A stretch of DNA of 64,000 bases from Candidatus Falkowbacteria bacterium (GTDB lineage Bacteria > Patescibacteriota > Patescibacteriia > Patescibacteriales > UBA12465): positions 773,062 through 837,061 of the forward strand of contig CP066698.1 of assembly GCA_016432645.1 (NCBI GenBank), read 5' to 3'. A program made the position numbers and the translations under genes. Of this stretch, positions 55,181 through 64,000 are shown piece after piece (position 1 is the first letter of the stretch; every line of letters starts with the position of its first letter). The notes below the pieces were generated by a model that saw only the letters and a list, made by a program, of their open reading frames with translations, did no database searches and was not told where the DNA came from.

Positions 55181-56200
55181 ATGGCTATAGAAGAACGCTT
55201 AATTAGTCCGATTGGAAAGAAGGGGGAGGACGCCTTAGATTTGTCTTTGCGTCCGAAATTTTTAGTGGAGTATATCGGTCAGGAAAAAGTAAAACAAAAT
55301 TTAGAGATTACTATTGCCGCCGCCAAAAAACGAACTGAGCCGATTGAGCATATTCTGCTTTATGGCGCCCCCGGTTTAGGCAAGACGACTTTAGCACATG
55401 TAATTGCTAATGAGACTGGTGCCAATATTCGCGTTACCTCTGGGCCGGTGATTGAAAAAACCGGTGACTTGGCCGCGATTTTAACTAATTTGGAAGAAGG
55501 CGATATTTTGTTTATTGATGAAATTCATCGTTTATCAAAAACCGTGGAGGAGATTTTATATCCGGCCATGGAAGATTATGCCTTAGATATTGTGATGGGT
55601 AAAGGTCCAAGCGCTCGGACTTTAAGATTGGATTTACCCAAGTTTACAATTATCGGGGCGACGACTTTAGCTAGTTTATTATCGGCGCCTTTGCGGGATC
55701 GTTTTGGAATTACGCATCATTTAAACTTTTATGAGTCTGGCGATATTGAACAAATTATTTCCCGCAGTGCCAGAATTCTTAACATTAAAATTGATGATGA
55801 GGCTAAAAAAGAAATTGCTAATCGCAGCCGTCGGACACCGCGTATCGCTAACCGTTTATTAAAGCGAGTACGTGATTATTGCGAAGTTAAAGGCGATGGG
55901 TATATTACCTTAGAGCACTGTTTGGAGGCGATGAAAATGCTGGAAGTTGATAGTCTTGGTTTAGATTTTGTTGACCGCCGCATTTTAGAAACAATTATTC
56001 ATAAATTTAAAGGCGGACCGGTCGGGCTTAATACTTTGGCGGCCGCAACCGGTGAGGAGGCGGATACGATTGAAAATATGTATGAACCATATCTAATGCA
56101 ACTTGGATTTTTAGACCGTTCCCCGCGCGGACGAATTGTAACTGCTCTTGGTTATGAACATTTAGGATTGAAGCCGGCTGGACAGGATAAATTGGTATGA
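55181..56200 (+). CDS. ruvB: Holliday junction branch migration helicase RuvB
   Basis: [20 protein letters not shown]-type Walker A (GAPGLGKTT), and DEIHRL. Confidence 0.95.
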   Translation: MAIEERLISPIGKKGEDALDLSLRPKFLVEYIGQEKVKQNLEITIAAAKKRTEPIEHILLYGAPGLGKTTLAHVIANETGANIRVTSGPVIEKTGDLAAILTNLEEGDILFIDEIHRLSKTVEEILYPAMEDYALDIVMGKGPSARTLRLDLPKFTIIGATTLASLLSAPLRDRFGITHHLNFYESGDIEQIISRSARILNIKIDDEAKKEIANRSRRTPRIANRLLKRVRDYCEVKGDGYITLEHCLEAMKMLEVDSLGLDFVDRRILETIIHKFKGGPVGLNTLAAATGEEADTIENMYEPYLMQLGFLDRSPRGRIVTALGYEHLGLKPAGQDKLV

Positions 56201-56811
56201 TCATGTTTAATTTTATTGAGAATAATAAAATTCTTCTAGGTTTGATTTCTTCAGTTATTGCCGTCGGCGCTTATATCCCTTACTTTAGGGATATTTTTAA
56301 GGGAAAAACCAAGCCGCATATTTTTTCTTGGTTTATTTGGGGCTTATTAGGAGGCATTACTTATATCGCGCAGGTTGTTAAAGGAGCTGGTGCGGGTTCT
56401 TGGGCTAATGGACTGACAGCATTAATTTGTTTAGTTATTGCCGGCTTATCCATTACTCGTGGAGAAAAAAATATTACCCTGACTGATAAATTATCTTTTG
56501 GTGGCGCTATCCTCGCTTTAATCCTGTGGTTTTTAACCAAAAACCCATTATCAGCTGTTATTTTAGCTTGTGTTATTGATACCTTAGCTTACGTTCCTAC
56601 TTTTAGAAAAGCCTACAAAAAACCATTTGAAGAAACTTTACCGGCATTTATAACAACTACGATCGGTATTATTATTAGTTTGCTTGCGCTCGAAGCTTAT
56701 AGCGCGACTACTTGGCTTTATCCAACGGTTTTAGTCATCTCAAATAGCCTTTTTATTGTCATGCTTTTATTAAGAAGAAAATTGATAAAGAATAATTATG
56801 GAAAATTATAA
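56197..56811 (+). CDS. polytopic membrane protein
   Basis: 204-aa ORF with about 6 TM helices and an ATGA overlap with ruvB. No family recognised. Confidence 0.5.
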   Translation: MIMFNFIENNKILLGLISSVIAVGAYIPYFRDIFKGKTKPHIFSWFIWGLLGGITYIAQVVKGAGAGSWANGLTALICLVIAGLSITRGEKNITLTDKLSFGGAILALILWFLTKNPLSAVILACVIDTLAYVPTFRKAYKKPFEETLPAFITTTIGIIISLLALEAYSATTWLYPTVLVISNSLFIVMLLLRRKLIKNNYGKL

Positions 56812-56828
56812 AGCTATTATAATTTATT

Positions 56829-57878
56829 ATGACTTATAAAACTTCGGATTTTTTTTATAATTTACCGCTGGAATTGATTGCCCAGAAACCGGTGCGACCG
56901 CGAGATCACTCGCGGCTTTTAGTTTTAGACAAGAAGACAGGATTTTTCCAACATCAGCATTTTTATGATATTGTTGACTATTTAAATCAGGGCGATTTGT
57001 TAGTGCTTAATAATTCCAAAGTTTTCCCGGCCCGTTTAATCGGCCGGAAAGAAGCTACCGGCGGACAGATAGAAATTTTTTTGCATAAAAAAGAAGCTGC
57101 CGATATTTGGGAATGTTTAATTGGCGGTCGAGTTAAAGTCGGTTTGATTATTATTTTATCATCTCGTTTAAAGGCGGAAATAATTAAAAATAATGGTGAC
57201 GGCACTTGGCTAGTCCAGTTTAATTTAAGTGATAATAAATTTTTTACGGAAATTAATAAAGTTGGACAAGTGCCTTTGCCGCCTTACATCAAGCGTTCCC
57301 GGCAACTGGCGAGTGATAAAAATAACTATCAGACAGTTTTTGCCGATAATCATCAAGTTGGCTCTGCTGCCGCACCGACCGCCGGCCTGCATTTCACTAA
57401 AAGTCTTTTGCAAAAAATCAAAGCGAAAGGCGTTCAGATAAAATATGTGACGCTTCATGTGGGACTCGGCACTTTTGCGCCAGTTAAAACGGAAAAAATA
57501 AGCGATCATAAAATGCATAGCGAATTTGCGCTAGTTAGTTCAAGTACGATAAATTCTATTTTAGAAACGAAGCGGCGCGGCGGGCGCGTGATTGCCGTTG
57601 GGACAACTAGCTGCCGTACCCTGGAATCTCTAAATTGGGATAAGATAAAGAAGACGACTTCCAAAGAACAATCTTTCTGGACCGATATTTTTATTTATCC
57701 CGGTTTTAAATTTAGAGCAGTTGATGCCTTAATTACTAATTTTCATTTACCATCTTCAACTTTAATGATGCTGGTCAGCGCTCTGGGCGGAAAGAAAAAT
57801 CTGGAGCGCGCGTATCAAGAAGCGGTGGTGAAAAAATACCGATTTTTCAGTTATGGCGATGCCATGTTTATAAATTAG
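56829..57878 (+). CDS. queA: S-adenosylmethionine:tRNA ribosyltransferase-isomerase
   Basis: DFFYNLPLELIAQ N-terminus, PLPPYIKR, and GTTSCRTLES. Confidence 0.95.
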   Translation: MTYKTSDFFYNLPLELIAQKPVRPRDHSRLLVLDKKTGFFQHQHFYDIVDYLNQGDLLVLNNSKVFPARLIGRKEATGGQIEIFLHKKEAADIWECLIGGRVKVGLIIILSSRLKAEIIKNNGDGTWLVQFNLSDNKFFTEINKVGQVPLPPYIKRSRQLASDKNNYQTVFADNHQVGSAAAPTAGLHFTKSLLQKIKAKGVQIKYVTLHVGLGTFAPVKTEKISDHKMHSEFALVSSSTINSILETKRRGGRVIAVGTTSCRTLESLNWDKIKKTTSKEQSFWTDIFIYPGFKFRAVDALITNFHLPSSTLMMLVSALGGKKNLERAYQEAVVKKYRFFSYGDAMFIN

Positions 57879-57949
57879 GGAGCTTTATTTAGATTTGATT
57901 TTTTTTTAATTTTTTGTTAATATAGAGCTTGATTATTAGACTTTTATTT

Positions 57950-58519
57950 ATGCGTAAATTTTTTTTATTTGTTTGGGAGATAGTTAAAGTCGCGAGTATT
58001 TCACTCGCGATAATTTTACCTGTCCGTTATTTTTTGATTCAACCCTTTTATGTTAAAGGCGCTTCTATGGAGCCGAATTTTCACGACCACGAATACTTAA
58101 TAATTGATGAAATTAGCTATCGTTTTGAAGCCCCGACTCGTGGGCAAGTAATTGTCTTCCGTTATCCGAAGGACCCTCAAGAATATTTTATCAAGAGAAT
58201 TATTGCTCTGCCTGGCGAAGAAATACAAATTAAAGATGGTAAAGTTATTATTTATAATGATGCCAATCCTTCGGGCTTTACTTTAAATGAATCCTATTTG
58301 TCTCCTGGTCTGGAAACCATGGACAATACTGGCGCAAAATTAAAGTTAAGCGAGAATGAATATTTTGTCTTAGGTGATAATCGTAACAACTCTAAGGATT
58401 CCCGCAGTTTTGGCGCCGTAGATAAAAGTTTTATTACCGGCAAAGTTCTTTTCCGTGGCTGGCCTTTAGATAAAATAGCTTTATTCAACGCCGCCTCTTG
58501 GCCGCAATATCAAAATTAA
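57950..58519 (+). CDS. lepB: signal peptidase I
   Basis: Catalytic GASMEPNF, KRIIALPGE and GDNRNNSKDSR. ATG at 57950 preferred over TTG at 57929. Confidence 0.85.
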   Translation: MRKFFLFVWEIVKVASISLAIILPVRYFLIQPFYVKGASMEPNFHDHEYLIIDEISYRFEAPTRGQVIVFRYPKDPQEYFIKRIIALPGEEIQIKDGKVIIYNDANPSGFTLNESYLSPGLETMDNTGAKLKLSENEYFVLGDNRNNSKDSRSFGAVDKSFITGKVLFRGWPLDKIALFNAASWPQYQN

Positions 58520-58530
58520 ATCAAAAATTT

Positions 58531-59904
58531 ATGCCTCGAAGAAAAAAGGGTTCGGCGGAAGCGGAAATGACCAAAGCCGAAAAGAAAAATGACAAAACCC
58601 CTAGTCGTTTATTGGGAATGAAAGATTTTACCGGTTTAGAACAGGCTTGTTTTGATTTAGCCTACGAAAAAGCCGCTTACTTGGCCAAGCTTTATAGTTT
58701 TTCTCCTATTAAAACGCCGATTTTAGAAAGTTTTGATTTATATAAAAAAACCACTCGCCATAATAATGATAAAGAAGTTTATTTCGTGGATGGTGAGAAG
58801 AGCGAAAAGATGACTTTAAGACCGGAAATAACTCAAGGCGTCCTGCGCTCTTATTTGGAAACCAGCGAAATCTCCGGTCAAAAATTAGCCCGCCTGTTTT
58901 CTTTTGGTCCAGTTTTTAGACGGGAAAAATTACAAAGCGGTCGTTATCGCGAATCAACGCAGCTTAATTTGGAGCTGATTGGCGAACGCAAGCCAATGGC
59001 CGAAGCCTTATTAATTACCGTCGCCAATAATTTTTTTGAAGAACTGGGAATAAAAGTCCAGGTTCAAGTTAATAGTCTTGGCGGCAGCGAGTGCCGTAAA
59101 GAATATTGCGCTAAACTGTTAAATTTTTATAAAGAAAGAGGCCGGAAATCCAAATTATGCAACACCTGCAAGAATGGTTTAAATAAAAATTGCTTGAGTC
59201 TTTTGGATTGTAAAGATGAATCTTGCATGAAGTTACGGGAAGAGGCTCCTCAATTGGCCGATTTTTTATCAGATGACAGTCGAGAATATTTAACCAAAAC
59301 TTTAGAATTTTTAGATGAATTAAATATTAGCTATAACTTCAACCCTTATCTTGTCCGCGGTTTAAATTATTATAATGATATTGTGTTTGAATTTTGGCCG
59401 GTTAATGATGACGGCACAGTCGGTAAATTAGCCTTGGGCGGCGGCGGACGTTATGATAGTTTAATTGAGTCTTTGGGGGGAGTATCTACTCCGGCAGCTG
59501 GTTTGGCAATTGGAATTGAACGAACAATCGCTAAAATTAAGGATAAAGCGGCTTTGACAAATAAAACAGAAGAGGATATAGTATTTATTGCGCAATTAGG
59601 CGATCAGGCCAAACTTAAAGCTTTGCAATTATTTGAAGATTTAAGAAAGGCCGGATTTAATGTTAGACAATCATTTGCCTCTGATAGTTTAAAGTTTCAG
59701 CTTGAAGAAGCAGTGGCGATTAAGGCCAAAACTAGCCTTATTTTAGGCAAAAAAGAAATAATGGACGGAACTATCCTGATGCGCGATATGGACTCAGGAA
59801 CGCAAGAGACTTTAGTTTTTAAGAAAGTGAGAGAGCGTTTAGAGCGTAAAGATAAATTAATAAAAAAAGTTAATAATAGAAAGGAAGGTGCATTTTATGG
59901 CTGA
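58531..59904 (+). CDS. hisS: histidine--tRNA ligase
   Basis: Class II motifs (LRPEITQG, FRREKLQSGRYRE, GGGGRYD) and anticodon-binding C-terminal domain. ATG at 58531. Confidence 0.9.
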   Translation: MPRRKKGSAEAEMTKAEKKNDKTPSRLLGMKDFTGLEQACFDLAYEKAAYLAKLYSFSPIKTPILESFDLYKKTTRHNNDKEVYFVDGEKSEKMTLRPEITQGVLRSYLETSEISGQKLARLFSFGPVFRREKLQSGRYRESTQLNLELIGERKPMAEALLITVANNFFEELGIKVQVQVNSLGGSECRKEYCAKLLNFYKERGRKSKLCNTCKNGLNKNCLSLLDCKDESCMKLREEAPQLADFLSDDSREYLTKTLEFLDELNISYNFNPYLVRGLNYYNDIVFEFWPVNDDGTVGKLALGGGGRYDSLIESLGGVSTPAAGLAIGIERTIAKIKDKAALTNKTEEDIVFIAQLGDQAKLKALQLFEDLRKAGFNVRQSFASDSLKFQLEEAVAIKAKTSLILGKKEIMDGTILMRDMDSGTQETLVFKKVRERLERKDKLIKKVNNRKEGAFYG

Positions 59905-60127
59905 TTTTAAAAGAAAACCAGGCGAAAGCTTTGAAAGTTTCTTAAGAAAATTTAAGAAAGGTTTAAAGAATAGCAAGCGTTTAGAAAAAGCTAGATCCAA
60001 GAAACATCTAGAACCAAAACAAACCAAACGTCTCTTTAAGAAAAGAGCTCTGTCTGGTTTAGCCTTGAGCAAAAAAAATGAATTTTTAAGAAAAACCGGA
60101 AAACTTGCGGAAACTACCAGAAGATAA
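59897..60127 (+). CDS. rpsU: 30S ribosomal protein S21
   Basis: Basic 76-aa protein with the ESFESFLRKFKK pattern. SD AAGGAAGG upstream. 8-nt overlap with the hisS stop. Confidence 0.75.
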   Translation: MADFKRKPGESFESFLRKFKKGLKNSKRLEKARSKKHLEPKQTKRLFKKRALSGLALSKKNEFLRKTGKLAETTRR

Positions 60128-60150
60128 TTTGTTTAAAAGGTATATAAAAA

Positions 60151-60177
60151 ACACCCTCTTGTGAGGGTGTTTTTTTT
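60151..60177. terminator. bidirectional terminator
   Basis: A5 - ACACCCTC-TTGT-GAGGGTGT - T7, between convergent rpsU and rel. Confidence 0.8.
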
Positions 60178-60194
60178 GTTAGTATTTTTAAAGG

Positions 60195-61661
60195 TTATTT
60201 ATTTATTCCCGGAATAAAGCGTTTCATTTTATCTAAAGTTGATTTCTTGGCATGAGCTTTTATTTGGTCGCGCGCGCGCTTGGTTTTTACAAATTTAAGC
60301 CAATCTTTATTGGGGTATTGTCGATTTTTTTCGACAATAACTTCTACCAAGTCGCCATTTTTTAACTCTTGGTCCAGTTTGCCGAGCTTATCATTGATAA
60401 TCACGCCGGCGGCCTTGTTGCCGACATTGCCATGAACGGCGTAAGCGAAATCAATCGGAGTAGCTTTTTCTGGAAGCTCAAAAACATCGCCGCGTGGAGA
60501 AAATACAAAAATCCGATCGCGGAAAATATCCATTTTGATATTTTTAACAAACTCGGAAGTCGTGGTAATTTCTTTTTGAATGTCAATAATTTCATTGACC
60601 CATTTCGGCTGCTGGTAGTTGCGCTCGCTTTTTGATTTATAATACCAATGGGCGGCGATACCGTAGATTGATTCTTCATGCATTTCCCGAGTGCGTATTT
60701 GAAATTCCGTCGGTTTGCCTTCCGGACCGAAAATCGTGGTGTGCAGGGAGCGATAGCCATTAGGTTTAGGCACGGCGATGTAATCTTTAAAGCGGTTGGT
60801 TTTAGGCCGCCAAATGGTATGGATTACTCCTAGAACCTTATAGCAATCATCAATAGTTGGGACAATTAAGCGCAAGGCGAAAACATCATAGATTTCGTTG
60901 AATTTCCGGTCTTTTTCCTGCATTTTTTTATAGATACTGTAGAGGTGTTTAAAGCGCGCTTCAATTTCGTAATTTTTAATATTGGCTTCCTCTAACTTGG
61001 GGACCAAAATGCTTTTTACTTTATGAAAAAAACGTTGGCGTTCAACTTTTTTTTCCACTTCATATTCATATTCCAGTTCATGAAATTTTTCTGGGTATAA
61101 ATATTTAAAACACAAGTCTTCCATTTGCCACTTTAAACGTCCAATCCCCAAAAGACCGGCAATCGGAGCATAGATTTCTAAAGTTTCTTCAGCAATACGC
61201 CGTTTTTTCTCTGGCGGCAAACTTTCTAGCGTTCGCAAGTTGTTAAGACGGTCGCAAAATTTAATAAAAATAACGCGCAAGTCGCTCGTCATCGCTAAAA
61301 ACATTTTTTTTAAATTTTCTCGATATCTTTCGATGCCACGGTATTTTATTTTACTGAGCTTGGTAACGCCACTAACTAACGAGGCAACCTCAGGGCCGAA
61401 TTCCTGTTCAATTTCTTCAATTGTTCTCTCAGTATCCTCAGGGACATCATGAAGAATTCCGGCTACGACGGTTGGCAAATCAGCTCGTATCTCGGCCAAG
61501 ATATAGGCGGTATGCAACGGGTGTTGAATATAGGGTTCACCATTTTTTCTGAGTTGTCCGGCATGGGCGGTGTCGGCAAAAATAAAAGCCTTTTCCAGGA
61601 TAGCGGTATCGGTCCCAGGGTTATTGTCAGAGAATTTTTTTATAATCCTTTCAATCGTCAT
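60195..61661 (-). CDS. short RelA/SpoT homologue: HD hydrolase + (p)ppGpp synthetase + TGS, no C-terminal regulatory domains
   Basis: HDVPEDT, YRSLHTTI...QIRTREMH...AAHWYYK, and a TGS segment IFVFSPRGDVFELP. The protein ends about 60 aa after TGS. Confidence 0.85.
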   Translation of the reverse strand: MTIERIIKKFSDNNPGTDTAILEKAFIFADTAHAGQLRKNGEPYIQHPLHTAYILAEIRADLPTVVAGILHDVPEDTERTIEEIEQEFGPEVASLVSGVTKLSKIKYRGIERYRENLKKMFLAMTSDLRVIFIKFCDRLNNLRTLESLPPEKKRRIAEETLEIYAPIAGLLGIGRLKWQMEDLCFKYLYPEKFHELEYEYEVEKKVERQRFFHKVKSILVPKLEEANIKNYEIEARFKHLYSIYKKMQEKDRKFNEIYDVFALRLIVPTIDDCYKVLGVIHTIWRPKTNRFKDYIAVPKPNGYRSLHTTIFGPEGKPTEFQIRTREMHEESIYGIAAHWYYKSKSERNYQQPKWVNEIIDIQKEITTTSEFVKNIKMDIFRDRIFVFSPRGDVFELPEKATPIDFAYAVHGNVGNKAAGVIINDKLGKLDQELKNGDLVEVIVEKNRQYPNKDWLKFVKTKRARDQIKAHAKKSTLDKMKRFIPGINK

Positions 61662-61667
61662 AAAAAG

Positions 61668-61696
61668 TTTTTCATTTATCTGATTTATGCTATAAT
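61668..61696 (+). promoter_or_regulatory. candidate promoter of the surface protein gene
   Basis: Extended -10 TGcTATAAT (61688..61696) with a weak T-rich -35. Confidence 0.4.
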
Positions 61697-61755
61697 AAGA
61701 CTAAGATTAATTATACCAACAAGCAGGACAATTTAAAAGTTTTTTTATTTTAAAA

Positions 61756-64000
61756 ATGCTTAAAAAAAATAAAATAATTTACGGTATTCTCGTAACTATC
61801 GCCGCTCTTTTGCCGGTGGCATTTGTATATGCTCAGGCGGATTTTGGTATTAACGCCGTTAATAATTCTATCAATCTAGCCGGCGGCGATCCGCGGGCGA
61901 TGGTTGGCCGCATTATTCAGATTATTCTTAGTTTTCTAGGGGTAATTATTTTAGGCTTGATAATCTACGCCGGATTTTTATGGATGACTTCTAATGGCGA
62001 AGAAGATAAAATTAGCCAGGCAAAAACAATTCTTAAAAATGCCACTATTGGTTTGGCGGTTACTTTATCGGCTTGGGCAATTACTACCTTTATTATTTCC
62101 AAGCTTTCAGGGGCAATTTCGGGAGTTGAAGGCAACCCTATTCAAAATTCTGGAAATAATTTAGCTAATTCAGGATTTGGAGCAATGGGAGCCTGCTCAG
62201 TTGATATGGTTTATCCGGAGAACAGCCAAAACAATGTAGCTCGCAATTCCTCAATCATTGTTAGCTTTAAAGAAGTTATTGGGCTTGATTCAGTTTGCGT
62301 AAACGCGAGCGGAACGACTTGCACCTGCGATAATGCCGCTTGTTCTTTAATTAATCCCCGAGCTATCAGAATTTTTAAAAGCGGTTTGGGCGATGCTTGT
62401 ACTAATTCTTGCCCGACTCCGAATACAAATGTTACCGATGTTTCAGTTTCGGTCTCGGCTGATAAATTAACTCTCGTTTTATCGCCTCTAAGTTATTTAG
62501 GTTCGGAGAGCGCTAATACAGAATATGATATTAAATTAACCAACGATTTTAAGAAGGCTGACGGAACTTCCATGTTTAGCACCTGCAGTAATGATGGTTT
62601 TCAGTGGGGGTTTGAAGTCAGTACTAATTTAGACTTAACTCCTCCCCAAGTAATGTTTAACTCTCTTTATCCGCGTCCCGATAATGAACGCGATTTGATT
62701 AATGTTGATACTCCGGCTAGAAATGCCAGCGCGGAAATTTCCGTAAATAGTTGTCCTCAAATTTATTCCCCGGCAGGCGTGTTAAACGTTTTGCCTAATG
62801 CTGAAGTGGTGCTTGATTATCATGGTTTAATAAATAAGTTCAAAGTAGTTGTGCCGGCAGCGACTCCTGACAAAGCCCAATTGTTTAACGGCAATACCAA
62901 TGCTTTATTGGGGGTAGCTGATTTTGACGGTCAAAATACAGTAGTTTTTGACGGCTATTTTAGCATTAAAACTACCGGTCATGCTGCCGGAGATTCCTGG
63001 GAAATAACGATTAGTCCTGAAAAATTAGCTGACACTTTAAGCGTTGGCAATTCAGTTTATATTTTTGCGGCCAGTAGCGGTAATAATAATATTGTCGTCC
63101 CGGGAACTTGTGATCTTGGTATCCAGGCGTCTAATATTCAAGCACAATTAAGCGGTAACCCGGCCGTGATTGTTAATCGATCCGGTAATCGAGTTTTATT
63201 GACCGCTAAAGTTGCCGGGGCTGCTGGGAATAATTTAAGTTTAGCTACTAGCAATATCAATGCTTTGGGTATTAATGCTTTTGCCGGCGGTGTTGACCGC
63301 CAGCTAAATAGCCAAGCTAAGGGCAGCCCTGATTCTCCGATGAACTCCATAATTAAGGTCAATTTTAATGAGGCCATGAACCCGTTGACTTTATCAGGAA
63401 CGGCCTCTGAAGTTGCTAACTATATTCAAGTTGTTAACGCTTCTTCAACCAGTAAAACTGATGGCGCAGTTTGCGCTAGTAATGCCGATTGCCGCTCTTA
63501 TCGATGCGATGCTTATGTTTGTCGTGGAAATTACGTTAGCGGTAGTTTTAGAGTTAGCGGCAACTATCGAACTGTAGAATTTGTTTCCGATAATGAGTGC
63601 GGAATTAATGGTTGCGGAGAAAAAATCTACTGCTTGCCAGCTAATAGTAATTTAGCAATTGAGGTTAAAGCCGCTAATATGAAGGTTTGTGCCAGCGATA
63701 CTGATTGCGCCGCTTATAGCCCCTTTAAAACTTGCGCCTTAAATCAATTAGGCTATCGTTCCTGTCAAGATGTTAATGGCCGTAATTATCCTGGCGCTAA
63801 TCCGCTTCAGTTAGACGGCATTATTGATGCGGCGCTTAATTCTCTGGACGGCAATCGGGACACGGTCGTGGAAGGTCCAATTAGTTTTTTCAGTGATAAT
63901 TTCCCCAGCAATAAAAATAATCGCGATAGTTATCGCAACTCCTTCTTTATTAACGATAAAATAGAGACTACACCACCAAAAATTACCAGTATCAATCCTG
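61756..64000 (+). CDS. large surface protein (5' partial): signal peptide + TrbC/VirB2-like pilin-type two-helix domain + Cys-rich/Ig-like extracellular region
   Basis: I translated the frame codon by codon from the ATG at 61756 to the window end and found no stop in 748 codons. It is absent from the ORF track because it has no stop inside the window. Confidence 0.75.
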   Translation, partial: MLKKNKIIYGILVTIAALLPVAFVYAQADFGINAVNNSINLAGGDPRAMVGRIIQIILSFLGVIILGLIIYAGFLWMTSNGEEDKISQAKTILKNATIGLAVTLSAWAITTFIISKLSGAISGVEGNPIQNSGNNLANSGFGAMGACSVDMVYPENSQNNVARNSSIIVSFKEVIGLDSVCVNASGTTCTCDNAACSLINPRAIRIFKSGLGDACTNSCPTPNTNVTDVSVSVSADKLTLVLSPLSYLGSESANTEYDIKLTNDFKKADGTSMFSTCSNDGFQWGFEVSTNLDLTPPQVMFNSLYPRPDNERDLINVDTPARNASAEISVNSCPQIYSPAGVLNVLPNAEVVLDYHGLINKFKVVVPAATPDKAQLFNGNTNALLGVADFDGQNTVVFDGYFSIKTTGHAAGDSWEITISPEKLADTLSVGNSVYIFAASSGNNNIVVPGTCDLGIQASNIQAQLSGNPAVIVNRSGNRVLLTAKVAGAAGNNLSLATSNINALGINAFAGGVDRQLNSQAKGSPDSPMNSIIKVNFNEAMNPLTLSGTASEVANYIQVVNASSTSKTDGAVCASNADCRSYRCDAYVCRGNYVSGSFRVSGNYRTVEFVSDNECGINGCGEKIYCLPANSNLAIEVKAANMKVCASDTDCAAYSPFKTCALNQLGYRSCQDVNGRNYPGANPLQLDGIIDAALNSLDGNRDTVVEGPISFFSDNFPSNKNNRDSYRNSFFINDKIETTPPKITSINP

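Noticed and set aside
1-64000. Alternative genetic code (UGA reassignment), CRISPR arrays, transposons, prophage or integrase genes
   Set aside because: Conserved genes are full length under the standard code, and some end in TGA (for example 47406..47408 and 48664..48666). No spaced direct-repeat array and no recombinase or transposase motif was seen anywhere in the window.

Overview
AT-rich, tightly packed bacterial chromosome segment. About 70 protein genes, 7 tRNA genes (none encodes the 3' CCA), and no rRNA, CRISPR array, transposase or integrase. Full-length conserved genes end at TGA, so the standard genetic code applies. The gene content points to a reduced Candidate Phyla Radiation / Patescibacteria-like genome (inference): translation and DNA-repair housekeeping, almost no biosynthesis, O-antigen-ligase-like membrane proteins, a pilus/secretion ATPase, a ComEC-type MBL domain, and a surface protein with a TrbC/VirB2-like pilin N-terminus. 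Recognisable genes are rplS, tsaE, lspA, pgeF, efp, the rpsF-ssb-rpsR operon, ychF, tsaD, uvrA, argS, glyQS, ndk, gyrA, mscL, rmuC, radC, ruvB, queA, lepB, hisS, rpsU and a short Rel/SpoT homologue. Two coding regions are missing from the supplied ORF track. One is a 46-aa lysine-rich histone-H1-like peptide (37379..37519) with its own promoter, strong SD and terminator. The other is a surface protein of more than 748 aa that runs off the window end (61756..64000). The most unusual items follow. (1) A 1003-aa ORF fuses two complete GspE/PilB ATPase modules. It sits in a four-gene operon with 3-4 nt gaps, alongside a polytopic membrane protein, a translin-family protein and a metallophosphoesterase. 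(2) A 620-bp gene-free AT-rich region (16.6-17.2 kb) lies next to the main switch in gene orientation. It holds a perfect and several near-perfect DnaA boxes, plus a self-contained promoter-to-terminator unit on the minus strand, so it is a candidate oriC and/or ncRNA locus. (3) An archaeal-style split of the last two purine steps: a PurH AICAR-transformylase domain alone, convergent with a PurO-type IMP cyclohydrolase. (4) A UvrA that lacks the UvrB-binding domain. (5) A SET-domain protein in the same genome as the histone-like peptide. All functional calls rest on motif recognition by eye. No database search was run.
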